A stretch of DNA of 64,000 nucleotides, from positions 224,698 to 288,697 of the IMG/VR virus record IMGVR_UViG_3300020473_000010; one strand, given 5' to 3'. Within the stretch, counting starts at the first letter, position 1, and the number at the start of each line of letters is the position of its first letter. The position numbers and the translations under genes are program-made. The notes under the pieces are model-generated. The model worked only from the letters and a program-made list of their open reading frames with translations, searched no databases and had not been told where the DNA came from. Shown here piece after piece: positions 19,087-29,243 of the stretch.

Positions 19087-20012
19087 AAGATACCCCTTAT
19101 GTGGGGGTAACTTTCTATAAACCATTCACATGTTTTTTCAAGACCAGAACGTAAATTAGTATAGGATTTATTATATCCTAATTTTTTTAAAGCTTGAGTT
19201 GATGAGGGCTTTCGGTGCTGGCCTATAGGTTTTGTTGTATCCCAAAAAATCATACCTGGGGGGAACTCAAATATTTCGCAGATTATACTTGCTACGTGTT
19301 TAATTGAATATTCAACACAGTTTCCTATATTGATCGGAAGGGAACCATCATAATTTTCTAAAAGCCAGATTAGTGTTTCAGCAATATCAAGAGAATATGT
19401 AAATTCCCTTAAAGATGAACCATCCCCCCATAAATTTACAATAGAATTATTTTGTTTTCCTTCCCATATTTTCCTTATCAAGGCTGGAATAACATGGCCA
19501 TTTTCTAAGTGAAAATTGTCATTAAACCCATATATGTTATTTGGCACAGCTGTAATATATTTCAACCCGTATTGGCTCCGTAACGCGCGAGAATGAACTT
19601 CTAGCATACGTTTAGCATAAGCATACCCATAGTTGCTTTGGTGAGGTTCTCCGTTGTGTATCTGGTCTTCTGTAAGCGGGTATTTTACTTTGTCTGGATA
19701 TATACATGTTGACAATAAAGAGACGACTTTTTGAATACCTTCTTCTTTTGCGGCATTTAATAAATTTGTATTAATTAAAATATTTTCATGGAAAAAATCA
19801 GCTATGTAATCAGAATTTCCTTTAACGCCACCAACTTTAGCAGCTAAATGGATAACAGCATCCGGATTGTGGTCTACAAACATTTTGTGGGCATAATATA
19901 GTTTTGTTAAGTCATATTCACTTGATCCAACTAAAACTAAATTGTGGGATGTATTTAAATTTCGAAAAGCAGAACCTACCATCCCAGTTCCACCAGTAAT
20001 TAATATTTTCAT
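19083..20012 (-). CDS. fcl: GDP-L-fucose synthase / ColC-like epimerase-reductase
   Basis: GGTGMVG, HLAAKVGG, STCIYP, YAYAKR, P.N.YG..DNF....HVIPALI, WGDGSSLREF. Confidence 0.9.
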   Translation of the reverse strand: MKILITGGTGMVGSAFRNLNTSHNLVLVGSSEYDLTKLYYAHKMFVDHNPDAVIHLAAKVGGVKGNSDYIADFFHENILINTNLLNAAKEEGIQKVVSLLSTCIYPDKVKYPLTEDQIHNGEPHQSNYGYAYAKRMLEVHSRALRSQYGLKYITAVPNNIYGFNDNFHLENGHVIPALIRKIWEGKQNNSIVNLWGDGSSLREFTYSLDIAETLIWLLENYDGSLPINIGNCVEYSIKHVASIICEIFEFPPGMIFWDTTKPIGQHRKPSSTQALKKLGYNKSYTNLRSGLEKTCEWFIESYPHIRGIL

Positions 20013-20014
20013 TT

Positions 20015-20656
20015 TTACCCCTTATTAAAATATATTTCATCACACCCGGTAGTACAAAATAAATTAAAGTTTTTAGATATCATGAAATCTTGTATTTCAT
20101 TGCCATAATAATTGTTTTCAACGGTTATTACTTTGATAGTGTAATTTTCGAAATTAATACTTTTTAAGATTTCTAATTCGTTGCCTTCAATATCCAGAGA
20201 AAGGATATCGATATTTGAGGGACATAAAGAAAATAACTCTTTTACAGTAACTGTTTCTACATCAATCCATTCTGGGATATTTTTAATCAATCCCTGATGT
20301 TCTTCGAACAGGATTCTTTCAATGTGATTTGGATGATATTTTGATGGAATTCCTGCTAATCCTTGGCCCCAGGCTCCGGTTGGGAATGGTTGGAATTTAG
20401 TTTCGAAACTTAACTCGCTGTTGCTAACTACAGCTTTTTGAATTATTTCCCAATCCCGATTGGTTTTTAGTATGGGGATCTGAGAAGGGTTTGGTTCAAT
20501 TAATAAGCCATCCCAACCCAAGTCTTCAAAAAATTTAGAATTACTACAATGAATTCCATCCATAGCCCCAATATCTAGGAAAAATCCTTTGGTTTGAGAT
20601 TTAAAAAATCTTTCAAATATAATTTCATCTTGCTGGTATTGGCTATAATATTTCAT
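20015..20656 (-). CDS. FkbM-family methyltransferase
   Basis: YSQYQQD, FFLDIGAMDG...SNS, W.GLLIEPN, LSLDIEGNE. Confidence 0.88.
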   Translation of the reverse strand: MKYYSQYQQDEIIFERFFKSQTKGFFLDIGAMDGIHCSNSKFFEDLGWDGLLIEPNPSQIPILKTNRDWEIIQKAVVSNSELSFETKFQPFPTGAWGQGLAGIPSKYHPNHIERILFEEHQGLIKNIPEWIDVETVTVKELFSLCPSNIDILSLDIEGNELEILKSINFENYTIKVITVENNYYGNEIQDFMISKNFNLFCTTGCDEIYFNKG

Positions 20657-21315
20657 GAATAATCCTTGAAACAACTAAAATTTCTTACATCCGGATATTT
20701 CCATGAACCTCCACAATCTTCGTTGGTTTCTGGAAGAGAGAGGAAGAGCTTGATACCATATGCAGCTTGTTCCGGAGGCATATACATATTCCACCCAAGC
20801 ATATCGATATTATCATCATCATATTTTACTGTAATATCTCGACCTTCGTATCTTGCCTTTTTAAACCACTGGTATGCACTATAATCATTTGTTAAAATTA
20901 TTCCACCTTTACCTATAGGCAATGTTTTCTTTATATGGAAAGATACACACTGATAAGTACCTTCTATATACATCCCTTTTGTAAACCTGGTTGCTCCATC
21001 GATAATAGGGTATGGATCTAGACGATATGTACCAGACCATTCGATATTATTAAAATTTGGGTTGCAACCTGCGTGAATAATTGCCTGAGGTACTGAAACA
21101 TATGTCTTTGCCGGAATTGTTATTTTGCCTGAAGCATTTAAATATTTCATGCACAAAAATAAACCATTGGTGCAATTATCTACCGCTACAGCATATTTGG
21201 AACCAGCATATTCGGCTATCATTTTTTCAAATATATCGACGATATCCCATGGGTCATTGATTTCATAGCCTAAAGGTTTAATAATTTTTATAATTTCTTC
21301 TATAGAACAATACAT
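20653..21315 (-). CDS. Short DegT/DnrJ-type PLP-dependent sugar aminotransferase (220 aa)
   Basis: FEKMIAEYAGSKYAVAVDNCTNGL, SFHIKKTLPIGKGG (Lys retained); lacks the usual C-terminal domain. Confidence 0.75.
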   Translation of the reverse strand: MYCSIEEIIKIIKPLGYEINDPWDIVDIFEKMIAEYAGSKYAVAVDNCTNGLFLCMKYLNASGKITIPAKTYVSVPQAIIHAGCNPNFNNIEWSGTYRLDPYPIIDGATRFTKGMYIEGTYQCVSFHIKKTLPIGKGGIILTNDYSAYQWFKKARYEGRDITVKYDDDNIDMLGWNMYMPPEQAAYGIKLFLSLPETNEDCGGSWKYPDVRNFSCFKDYS

Positions 21316-21989
21316 TAAATCTCCAACATTCTAGAATAATATTCGCCAATTATGAATTTTTGATTAGTGGTTGCTGTTTGTTTGTCATATAGTGGATTAT
21401 AACATTTGTTTGGCAGAATTCTAAAATCTAAGCTAACTCGAGTTTTTTCTGTTAAATTAGTTTTGTTAAAATGCCGGCAGCGATTTCCGTTCCAAACCAT
21501 AAATTGTGATGGTACCATGTTTACTGGTTTGTAATCACCTAAATTAGGAACGCTTTCTATCCATATTGTGCTAGTATCGAACATTTCGGTTAGAGGTATT
21601 AGGATATTAATTTCTCCCAGTGGGTGTTTATGGTGTTCATCTGAATCACAATGGATTGTTGTTACAGCTTTTGCTTTGGGGTATTGTATCCGAAACGAAG
21701 GTAAGGTTTGATATATTAGACTTTCTTCTTCTAAGAATAATGGGAAAATTTTATTCCTTATAAAGCTATGATAAACATATTCAAAATCTTTCCAGTTATT
21801 ATTTAGTTTTTTATAAAAAATTTCATGAAAAATACTGTGAGTATCATTTCCTAATCCGGCTATACCATCATCGGCTGAATATAGACTTTGCAAATTTTCG
21901 TGTAATAATTCTAATTCGCTAACACCAAACAACTGTTTTAATAAAGCGGAAAAATTATATTGATTTTTATCGAAATAATAATGTTTCAT
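21315..21989 (-). CDS. StrG-like / 2OG-Fe(II)-type oxygenase
   Basis: YQTLPSFR, H-x-D (HCD), EINILIPLT, H.N..N.T..TRVSLDFRI. Confidence 0.65.
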   Translation of the reverse strand: MKHYYFDKNQYNFSALLKQLFGVSELELLHENLQSLYSADDGIAGLGNDTHSIFHEIFYKKLNNNWKDFEYVYHSFIRNKIFPLFLEEESLIYQTLPSFRIQYPKAKAVTTIHCDSDEHHKHPLGEINILIPLTEMFDTSTIWIESVPNLGDYKPVNMVPSQFMVWNGNRCRHFNKTNLTEKTRVSLDFRILPNKCYNPLYDKQTATTNQKFIIGEYYSRMLEI

Positions 21990-21992
21990 AAT

Positions 21993-22706
21993 TTATTTTT
22001 TTACTAATAGAGGATCGAAAGTTTTTTTGATATCTTCTAAAAAGATATTTTTAAAAGCTGATCTTTGAGCAGTGACTAATTCTTTTTTGGTAATTTCCTC
22101 TATGTTTAATGCCGCAGGATCATGAGGCGTTAATCTTTTCGTTAATTTTTTATTACAGTGTTTATAAATTTCATCGAATCTTTTAGGGTTCCATGGACGG
22201 TTTAAAAATTTTATGCAGCTTTGAAATGTTTGGGCACCATTGTCTCTTATTTCTTCATATTTTATGAAATGCAAATTAGTAATATTTGATTGGTTATTAA
22301 GATAAAATTGCAAATGCTTATAATATTCCAACTTATATTTTTCGAAAGCTTCAGCAAGATCTATAGATTTTTGACCATCCCAATTTTCCGGAATATTGCC
22401 TTCATATTTCATTATAGAGAAAATTGTATCAGCTGGATTTCTATAAAGATATATTGCGTTTTTTAACCCAAAAACAGGACCTTCAGATGGATGTGGTTTC
22501 GCGATATAACGGTGGTGAATATGGAAACCCCATATATTTGATGGCCGGGGATTAAAAAATGACTGTACAATCGAGGGTTCATTTAAATAGGCTTCCATCA
22601 AAATCCTAAACCAATGGCTTCCTGTACGAGGATATGATATCAATCTAGGAAAATCTAGGTTATCAAATATTTTTAGTTCTTCTTTTTTGTAGCTTATGTC
22701 AAACAT
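21993..22706 (-). CDS. Sulfotransferase
   Basis: 5'-PSB-like LISYPRTGSHWFR, 3'-PB-like YLYRNPAD...S, IKYEE. Confidence 0.8.
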   Translation of the reverse strand: MFDISYKKEELKIFDNLDFPRLISYPRTGSHWFRILMEAYLNEPSIVQSFFNPRPSNIWGFHIHHRYIAKPHPSEGPVFGLKNAIYLYRNPADTIFSIMKYEGNIPENWDGQKSIDLAEAFEKYKLEYYKHLQFYLNNQSNITNLHFIKYEEIRDNGAQTFQSCIKFLNRPWNPKRFDEIYKHCNKKLTKRLTPHDPAALNIEEITKKELVTAQRSAFKNIFLEDIKKTFDPLLVKK

Positions 22707-23306
22707 TTACCAGATCTCCCTTGTTACTTTTTTTGAAAGCATGTGGCCTTCAATTGTTTTTTCATCTAAACTCGAGAGATCAAGAAATGCATGGAGTGAT
22801 TCAAATTGAGTATTATAAAACCCTTTTTTCCTTAAGTCTTCTTCTAATGGATATTTAGCTGAATTTAAATTATTTCTGCTTAAGAAATAACCTCCTTCTA
22901 CAATGTTGTTAGCTGCCCAATTTTGAATATTATACTTTAATTCCGGGGTTAGGGGAAATGAACCGATATCGTTGTGAATGAACGCGATTGGAAAATCAGG
23001 TAATTTTAAAATATCTGAACAGTCTTGAACAATAACTCGTGGATGATTTGTAGGGTTAGCAATATCAAAACCAACGCATCTTTCATATCCAAAATGACCA
23101 CAAAGCAAATCAAAACTAATACATCGATTTGTGCCCATTACAACTATAGAACCAAAATCCGGAATATCTCTAATTTTTGTTATTATATGATCAAAAATTT
23201 TATACGCATAATAGTTTTTTCCATAACCATGTACATCTTGATTATGGTTATGTTCATCTGTATTTGAGAACCAGAATTTTTCACTATAGTATTTTTTTTC
23301 AGACAT
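22707..23306 (-). CDS. Putative SAM-dependent methyltransferase-like protein
   Basis: Weak Rossmann-like motifs (VVMGT..., VGFDI, EGGYF); located in the glycan island. Confidence 0.4.
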   Translation of the reverse strand: MSEKKYYSEKFWFSNTDEHNHNQDVHGYGKNYYAYKIFDHIITKIRDIPDFGSIVVMGTNRCISFDLLCGHFGYERCVGFDIANPTNHPRVIVQDCSDILKLPDFPIAFIHNDIGSFPLTPELKYNIQNWAANNIVEGGYFLSRNNLNSAKYPLEEDLRKKGFYNTQFESLHAFLDLSSLDEKTIEGHMLSKKVTREIW

Positions 23307-24186
23307 TTGGGTTTCTCTTTTTAATTGCCCGATAAATAAATTCATCAAAATCATAATACTGTAAAGCTTTTTGGTAATTAATTTGAAGAGAAGATGAAAA
23401 CTTTTCGTATAAGTCGTTGTTTAAATTTGGAATAATATTCTCTAATTCCTCTATTGTGTTGAAAATTATTATTGAATCCGGGTCAAAAAATTCTTTAATA
23501 TTTGGGGCGCCCCAATATACCGGGATTGTTCTACATGCAAAGCAGTCTAATATTTTTTCAGTAAAATAATTTTCAGCTCGGTTATTTTCTATCACTATTG
23601 AAAATCTATAATCGTTTAAAGCATCTGATTTATATTCTAGGGGTTTTTTAGTTCCTCTACCATAACAATCAAAACCTTTAAGTTTTGCTGCAATTTCATG
23701 ACGTAATTTATGACCAGCTATATCTTTTTTATCAGAAAAAATGTGAGAAATATTTTTTGTTTTAACAATAGATTTTTGATATATTGATTTTGTGTCGACA
23801 AATAATCCATCGGCTGGAATAAATTCACATTTTTCAGGATAGGTTTCTAACAGGTATTTATCCCAGGTTAAAATTAGATCGAAATTACTAATGTTAGATT
23901 CTAAAACCCTATATATTTCTGGATCATATGCTCTGGGCTCCATGGTCCATGCAATTTTATAAAATTTCGAAGGAAACTGATCAGCATAGCCAAAAAGCTT
24001 GTCTGAAAATATTATTGTTTCATAATTGTCAATTAATTTTATTGCTTCCGGGTCTAGACAGAGAGAACCATCTTCAACAAAAGTTAATTTGTTGTATTTT
24101 ATGTGTTTGGTTTTTCTACCTTTTTCCAGAGCATCTGCCCAACATTCCGCGTGGCTGATGTTTATATCACAAAAATTAACAATCAT
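23299..24186 (-). CDS. Glycosyltransferase family 10 (alpha-1,3-fucosyltransferase-like)
   Basis: YRFSIVIEN...YFTEKILDCF...IPVYWGAPN. Confidence 0.88.
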   Translation of the reverse strand: MIVNFCDINISHAECWADALEKGRKTKHIKYNKLTFVEDGSLCLDPEAIKLIDNYETIIFSDKLFGYADQFPSKFYKIAWTMEPRAYDPEIYRVLESNISNFDLILTWDKYLLETYPEKCEFIPADGLFVDTKSIYQKSIVKTKNISHIFSDKKDIAGHKLRHEIAAKLKGFDCYGRGTKKPLEYKSDALNDYRFSIVIENNRAENYFTEKILDCFACRTIPVYWGAPNIKEFFDPDSIIIFNTIEELENIIPNLNNDLYEKFSSSLQINYQKALQYYDFDEFIYRAIKKRNPNV

Positions 24187-25559
24187 TTAATAGCCCAATT
24201 TTCCCAAATAAATGGGAAAAAATAGGTAAGTTCATGGGTTTTCTCCAGATCACCTCTAATTTTTTCATATTTTTGGATTGAATCATCATCAATAGGGTGG
24301 AATTGGACTTGTAGATTTTTAACTTTGTTAATATCACCAGATGATATCATTGCAGGAAGCACTTCATATTCTGATCCTTCAATATTCATTTTTAACAAAT
24401 CGATGGTGTTGAAATTTTCTAGTGCTTTTGTCACAGAAACAAGGCTTATATTTCCATTAGGATCATCGACAACCCGAGTTGCAAGATCATCTTCTATCAT
24501 TTTTACTTTTCTTGTTGTTCCACCAATGCCCAAATTGTATACTTTAATGTTTGGTTTATCATTAAATTTTTCTTTTAGTAAATTTGAGAACTTTTCAAAT
24601 GGTTCATAGACATGAATTTCGCAATTATATTTGTCATTAATTTGTTGGGCCCACTCTCCTTTAAATCCACCGACATCTATTACAGTAGAATCTGAATTTA
24701 AATCATAGTTGAGCCTAAGTGTATTATCGCCATCCTTTTTTACCCATTCTTTGACAGCTGTTCCTTGAATTTCTTTAAGAAATTGAAGTGGGGTTTTTGG
24801 AGGAGGCCCTGGGAACCTTTCGTATTTTTTCCTTTTCCTTACTAGCATTTCAACACGATGCTGATCCTCTTGGCGGATTTGATCATCGCTAATAGGGTTA
24901 AATCTGTTATAACAATAAACTATATTTGGAACAAAAAGAGTTCTTTCCCGAGACATTTCTAACATTGGCAGCATAAAAGCTACATCCCAACCTACGGAAA
25001 AATATTTTCCATCTTCATCTCTAAGATCTTCATCTTTGATTGCATGCCATAATTTTGACCTAAATGTCCTAAGGTGGCTTGTAACAAATTTGTACTCTCG
25101 AAACGCGTTTTTCTGGATAACTTCCGGTGGGAGAGGAAAACAATTTGACATTCCACCAGTGGGGTGGTGAACGTGATTACCATAGGTTAGCATAGGATTA
25201 TGCTTATCATAAACATCGGCGATTATGGCAAGAGAATAGTCTGTAAACAAGAAGTCATCTCCATCAATAACCATTAACACAGCTTCTGGATCGTCTTTTG
25301 TTTTAAGAAAATTAAATCCATCAACAATATTTTTTAATGCTTTTACATTTTTTTCATTATGGATTACCGAAAATCTTGGATCTTTTTCTAGAAACTCAAG
25401 AGAATCTAGAATCTCTTTTGTTTTATCGGTGGAGGCATCATTAATTACAACGCACTCAAAATGATTGTAACGCTGTTTATAAATTGTTGATAAACAACGC
25501 TCAATCCATGCTTCAGTGTTGTATGTTGGTACTACTATTTTCATTTTAGGAAACGACAT
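24183..25559 (-). CDS. GT2 glycosyltransferase fused to FkbM methyltransferase
   Basis: VVPTYN, INDASTD, IDGDD N-terminal domain; VIDVGGFKGEW, YEP, LLKMNIEGSEY C-terminal domain. Confidence 0.88.
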   Translation of the reverse strand: MSFPKMKIVVPTYNTEAWIERCLSTIYKQRYNHFECVVINDASTDKTKEILDSLEFLEKDPRFSVIHNEKNVKALKNIVDGFNFLKTKDDPEAVLMVIDGDDFLFTDYSLAIIADVYDKHNPMLTYGNHVHHPTGGMSNCFPLPPEVIQKNAFREYKFVTSHLRTFRSKLWHAIKDEDLRDEDGKYFSVGWDVAFMLPMLEMSRERTLFVPNIVYCYNRFNPISDDQIRQEDQHRVEMLVRKRKKYERFPGPPPKTPLQFLKEIQGTAVKEWVKKDGDNTLRLNYDLNSDSTVIDVGGFKGEWAQQINDKYNCEIHVYEPFEKFSNLLKEKFNDKPNIKVYNLGIGGTTRKVKMIEDDLATRVVDDPNGNISLVSVTKALENFNTIDLLKMNIEGSEYEVLPAMISSGDINKVKNLQVQFHPIDDDSIQKYEKIRGDLEKTHELTYFFPFIWENWAIK

Positions 25560-26484
25560 TTAAACTCCTTAATTTGTTCGCAATCCTTTTAGCCGAAGCT
25601 TGTGGATCTATCCATTTATTATACCAATCTATTGTATAATCTACAATTTTAGAATAGCTTTTTTCGAATGTTTTTATTCTTGAATCAAGAATATTGATTT
25701 TGTGCCTTTTTAAAGAGTCAGAATCCGATTCTTTAATGACAGGGCATATAATACTCGGAAGTGTATTGTAATATTCGGTATTAGGTAAAATACCGCGGAT
25801 AATAATGCACCCAGAGGCGGCAGCTTCGGAGATTCTATAAGTCTCTGGACTAGCTCCACCTGGGCATAATGCAAATTTAGAATGCCCTAAGAGTCTGGCA
25901 TACTCTTCTCTGTTTAAAAAATTTGGATGATCGTTATTATATACTCCGCCAAAACCCTGGTATGTACATATATGATCAGTGGGGCCCCAAGGTTTTTGAA
26001 GCTCAATTGTTTTTAAAAAATCATCTCTAACTTGAGAGTGAATACCTGAAAAACTTCTATCAAGGGTTCTTTTTAACCTATGGGCCGATCTAAAACCATT
26101 GCAATACCCTAAAGGGATATTAATTGTTCTTTCATCTTCTGGGAGAGGATCTACTGCTGGGAAAGTATTTGTTGTATTAACTTCATAAATTACCTCTTCA
26201 GGATCAGAAGCAACGTTTTTTAGATGCGGATAATTTTTAATAATCGCTACTAATCTTTTGTCTTTTTTATATAGATTATCAAAAGATAAATGATGTTCAT
26301 TTCCTTTTATTAATAAAATATATTTTTCACTTTTGATTAAATTTAAATCCGGAATGTCAAAAGAGCTAACCCGGTATACATCTGGAAAATCTCGAAACCA
26401 ATGAGATAGCCACCAAAAAACCCTAGAATCATATTCCCAATCTGTTTCATCAGTGCATTCTCTACGGTCATTGATAATAATCAT
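25546..26484 (-). CDS. Exostosin/GT47-like glycosyltransferase
   Basis: IPLGY, SFSG, Y...L..SKFALCPGG...TYRISEAAASGC. Confidence 0.65.
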   Translation of the reverse strand: MIIINDRRECTDETDWEYDSRVFWWLSHWFRDFPDVYRVSSFDIPDLNLIKSEKYILLIKGNEHHLSFDNLYKKDKRLVAIIKNYPHLKNVASDPEEVIYEVNTTNTFPAVDPLPEDERTINIPLGYCNGFRSAHRLKRTLDRSFSGIHSQVRDDFLKTIELQKPWGPTDHICTYQGFGGVYNNDHPNFLNREEYARLLGHSKFALCPGGASPETYRISEAAASGCIIIRGILPNTEYYNTLPSIICPVIKESDSDSLKRHKINILDSRIKTFEKSYSKIVDYTIDWYNKWIDPQASAKRIANKLRSLNVVS

Positions 26485-27212
26485 AATTCTTCCTGGTTTG
26501 TCGAAGTGTTCCTCCTGTAACAATAAAGTTTTTCAGCTAATATCGATGTTCTGGAAGTTAAAGCTGTTACTCTGTAATTAAAATCTGAATCTTCTGATAA
26601 TAATGTTCTTAAGCCGAGATTTGGAGGATGAAACCTAATTCCGTGGATCCATATTGTTTGATAAAACATTGCTGATGTTCCAGCTGTTTCAAAATTACCG
26701 GTATAAAAATGGTTTATTCCTGGTAACTGAAAACCTCGAGTTACTGTTTTGGTAACTTCTGGGCATCCGATTAATTTTAATCCATCGTTGACGTCGAGCG
26801 TAAGATCTTTATATTTTTTGACATGACTTTCCTCAAAACAGTGATAAAACCCGCATAGATTATTTACCGCTTTTGATTCAACTAATGCTAAATATTGAGC
26901 CTGAATTCTCTGTTTGAGAGATACATCATCAGCGTCGTGACTTGTACAGATAGTAGCATCAGTAGTACGAATTGCTTCATTCAGACACCACCATTTCCCT
27001 TTGTTCTCGTTGTTTATGTGGTACCTAATTCTTGTATCAGAGAAGCCTTCTAGTATATCTTTAAACTCTTCTAAGTTATCTGACCCATCATCTACCACAC
27101 AAATATCTAAGTTGTCATAGGATTGATTCTGGATTGATTCTATTGACTCTTTAAGATATTGATTATGATTGTAATTGCATATTGTTACTAAAATCTTGTT
27201 TGGTGTTTCCAT
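26481..27212 (-). CDS. Glycosyltransferase family 2
   Basis: YN...YL.ESIESI.NQ, VVDDGS, HDADD, EDSDF. Confidence 0.9.
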   Translation of the reverse strand: METPNKILVTICNYNHNQYLKESIESIQNQSYDNLDICVVDDGSDNLEEFKDILEGFSDTRIRYHINNENKGKWWCLNEAIRTTDATICTSHDADDVSLKQRIQAQYLALVESKAVNNLCGFYHCFEESHVKKYKDLTLDVNDGLKLIGCPEVTKTVTRGFQLPGINHFYTGNFETAGTSAMFYQTIWIHGIRFHPPNLGLRTLLSEDSDFNYRVTALTSRTSILAEKLYCYRRNTSTNQEEL

Positions 27213-29130
27213 TCATTACCTCAGGTTGTTTTTTATTAATTTTTAAATGTGGAGTTGGGTTATCAAAATCAACCTTGGAATGGAAAACCCATCCACCCAT
27301 TTGTTCTGCCAATTGTTTTGATAAAGAAGCAATATCCGAATCTGTTACTTCAGACCATTTTTTATCAAAAAACATATTATTTTCTGCCGTGTCTTCTTGT
27401 TTGATATTGTACAAACTTTCCCAATGGTTTTGCCAAAAATCTCGATAGGTTTTGATTTTTCTTTCAATGTTTAACCAACTATAATGGAAAACTGTTGGCA
27501 TAGCATCAACTACCTGGTTAAACCAGAGCTGATATTGTTCTTGGGCACTTTTATTTCCTTGAAGCGCTACTATTCTGGCATTATGGACTTCTTGGGTATA
27601 AAACGAAGCATGAGCTTGAGGTTCTAATGTTTCTTTATGGATATAATCACATCCATCGGTACCCAATTTGGAATAATATGAATCACCATCTTCTACTCTC
27701 AGTTTGCCTGGCACACCGTGGGTTAGATCTTTATTGTTTCTACTAAGTCTCCATTTCCATGGATTAATATCCATTCGAACTTTTTCTAAACTTCCCCAAT
27801 ATTCAACTACCGGTAATGATATGATATCAACAAATTTTGGAAATTGTCGGCAGAGTTTAGATACTTTTTCATAATGGTCTTCGTGTACAATTTCATCACT
27901 ATCCATTTGCCAACAGAAATCTAAAGTACATTTATCTCGAGCTCGAGCTTTTTGAAGGCCGTCTTCGAGCGCGCTTCTGGTTGCTGTCCAATCAACTTTG
28001 TGCTGATAAACTTTTATAACTGGGTTGGATTTAGACATTTCCTGAAGTAGTTCATATGTTCCGTCAGTAGATCCACCGTCCATTACCACAACTTCACTAC
28101 AGAAACCCAACATTGAAGTTATCGATTGGACAAATGGGTAATCTTGAGAAATACAATTATAAGTTGTTGTATATCCAGAAACCCTTGCTTCCCACGACAT
28201 GTCGTTTAGCGTCTGTTGCCAAAATGTTTCTCTTCTCCCGTAAAGATATATTTCTACATCCTCTAAAATTCCTCCTGTAAACGGAAACTCTTTGTGGTGC
28301 TGGACATTACTATTTAATTCTAGTTCACATCCTAATAATTGAGCCTCTAAAACGATTCTGGGACATGTATCAAAGCCACGTGGAAAGAATACAAGGCCTT
28401 CTGCAGAAGCTAATTTTTGAAGAGTTTCAGCATGGGATAACCCCTGGACTACTTCATATTCTTTATTATTTTCTTCGCACCATTTGATCGCTTCTTCAGT
28501 TCCTTTAATCCAGCTTTCTGAACCAACAACAATCCATTTTTTGGTTTTTGGAATATTTTTTAATAGTTTAATTCCGGCAAAGAATTTATCATCGAAAACT
28601 GAACTTAAAACTATTTGGCTGGATCCAGTAGATTGCTCATGAAGAGGATCTAAAAACGGGAAGCGCTCATGGTAAATAGCCATTTGCCCTTCTGACATAT
28701 AAAAAACCGATTGAGCTCCACAGAAGAAAGCTGAAACCATTTTCCCTGTTAGTTGTTCATGGCAGTCGCAATCTTTTTGTTCTGCTGATTTATGTTTTGC
28801 CATGCTGCGATATTTACAAAACTTATAATCATATTCTAAAATTGAATATCTTAAATTAGCAATAATTGAAGGAATTAATTCTGAATTCATAGTAACCGCG
28901 TTACCAAAAACCCAGTATTTATTAGCTCCAGATTCTAAAGTTTTCATAGAAATATTTTTTGCATTTATTCTAAAAACTGATACATCTTGAGGTGCTGATT
29001 CATAAATAGCTTGGGTTGTTAATTCTGCGCCGCCGATATATTGCTCTACAAACATGTCGGCAACAAAAACAACATCACAGTCTCTTGGGATTAAAATTTC
29101 GTTTTCGTTTTCCTCAAATGGGCTTTTCAT
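27163..29130 (-). CDS. Bifunctional glycosyltransferase (GT-B/GT4-like N-terminus plus GT2 C-terminus)
   Basis: GGAELT, IKG, DTCPRIVLEA.LLG; then VVMDGGSTDGT, QMDSDE, FHYSW. Confidence 0.8.
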   Translation of the reverse strand: MKSPFEENENEILIPRDCDVVFVADMFVEQYIGGAELTTQAIYESAPQDVSVFRINAKNISMKTLESGANKYWVFGNAVTMNSELIPSIIANLRYSILEYDYKFCKYRSMAKHKSAEQKDCDCHEQLTGKMVSAFFCGAQSVFYMSEGQMAIYHERFPFLDPLHEQSTGSSQIVLSSVFDDKFFAGIKLLKNIPKTKKWIVVGSESWIKGTEEAIKWCEENNKEYEVVQGLSHAETLQKLASAEGLVFFPRGFDTCPRIVLEAQLLGCELELNSNVQHHKEFPFTGGILEDVEIYLYGRRETFWQQTLNDMSWEARVSGYTTTYNCISQDYPFVQSITSMLGFCSEVVVMDGGSTDGTYELLQEMSKSNPVIKVYQHKVDWTATRSALEDGLQKARARDKCTLDFCWQMDSDEIVHEDHYEKVSKLCRQFPKFVDIISLPVVEYWGSLEKVRMDINPWKWRLSRNNKDLTHGVPGKLRVEDGDSYYSKLGTDGCDYIHKETLEPQAHASFYTQEVHNARIVALQGNKSAQEQYQLWFNQVVDAMPTVFHYSWLNIERKIKTYRDFWQNHWESLYNIKQEDTAENNMFFDKKWSEVTDSDIASLSKQLAEQMGGWVFHSKVDFDNPTPHLKINKKQPEVMNGNTKQDFSNNMQLQS

Positions 29131-29150
29131 ATTGTATCTCCTATTACAAG

Positions 29151-29162
29151 AATAAAATAACC
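29151..29162 (+). repeat. Left copy of a 12-bp inverted repeat AATAAAATAACC
   Basis: Exact reverse complement of 34046-34057; the two copies bracket the + strand cassette. Confidence 0.6.
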
Positions 29163-29175
29163 TCTATGAGCAGCA

Positions 29176-29217
29176 GTGTAAAATATTTACCTAAATTATA
29201 GTATGGAATATATTTAT
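29176..29217 (+). promoter_or_regulatory. Tandem promoter elements for the + strand cassette: GTGTAA-N17-TAGTAT and ATATTTAT
   Basis: Both recurring motif classes occur in the divergent intergenic region. Confidence 0.55.
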
Positions 29218-29243
29218 TTATAAACCATCTCTGGAATTTGAAT

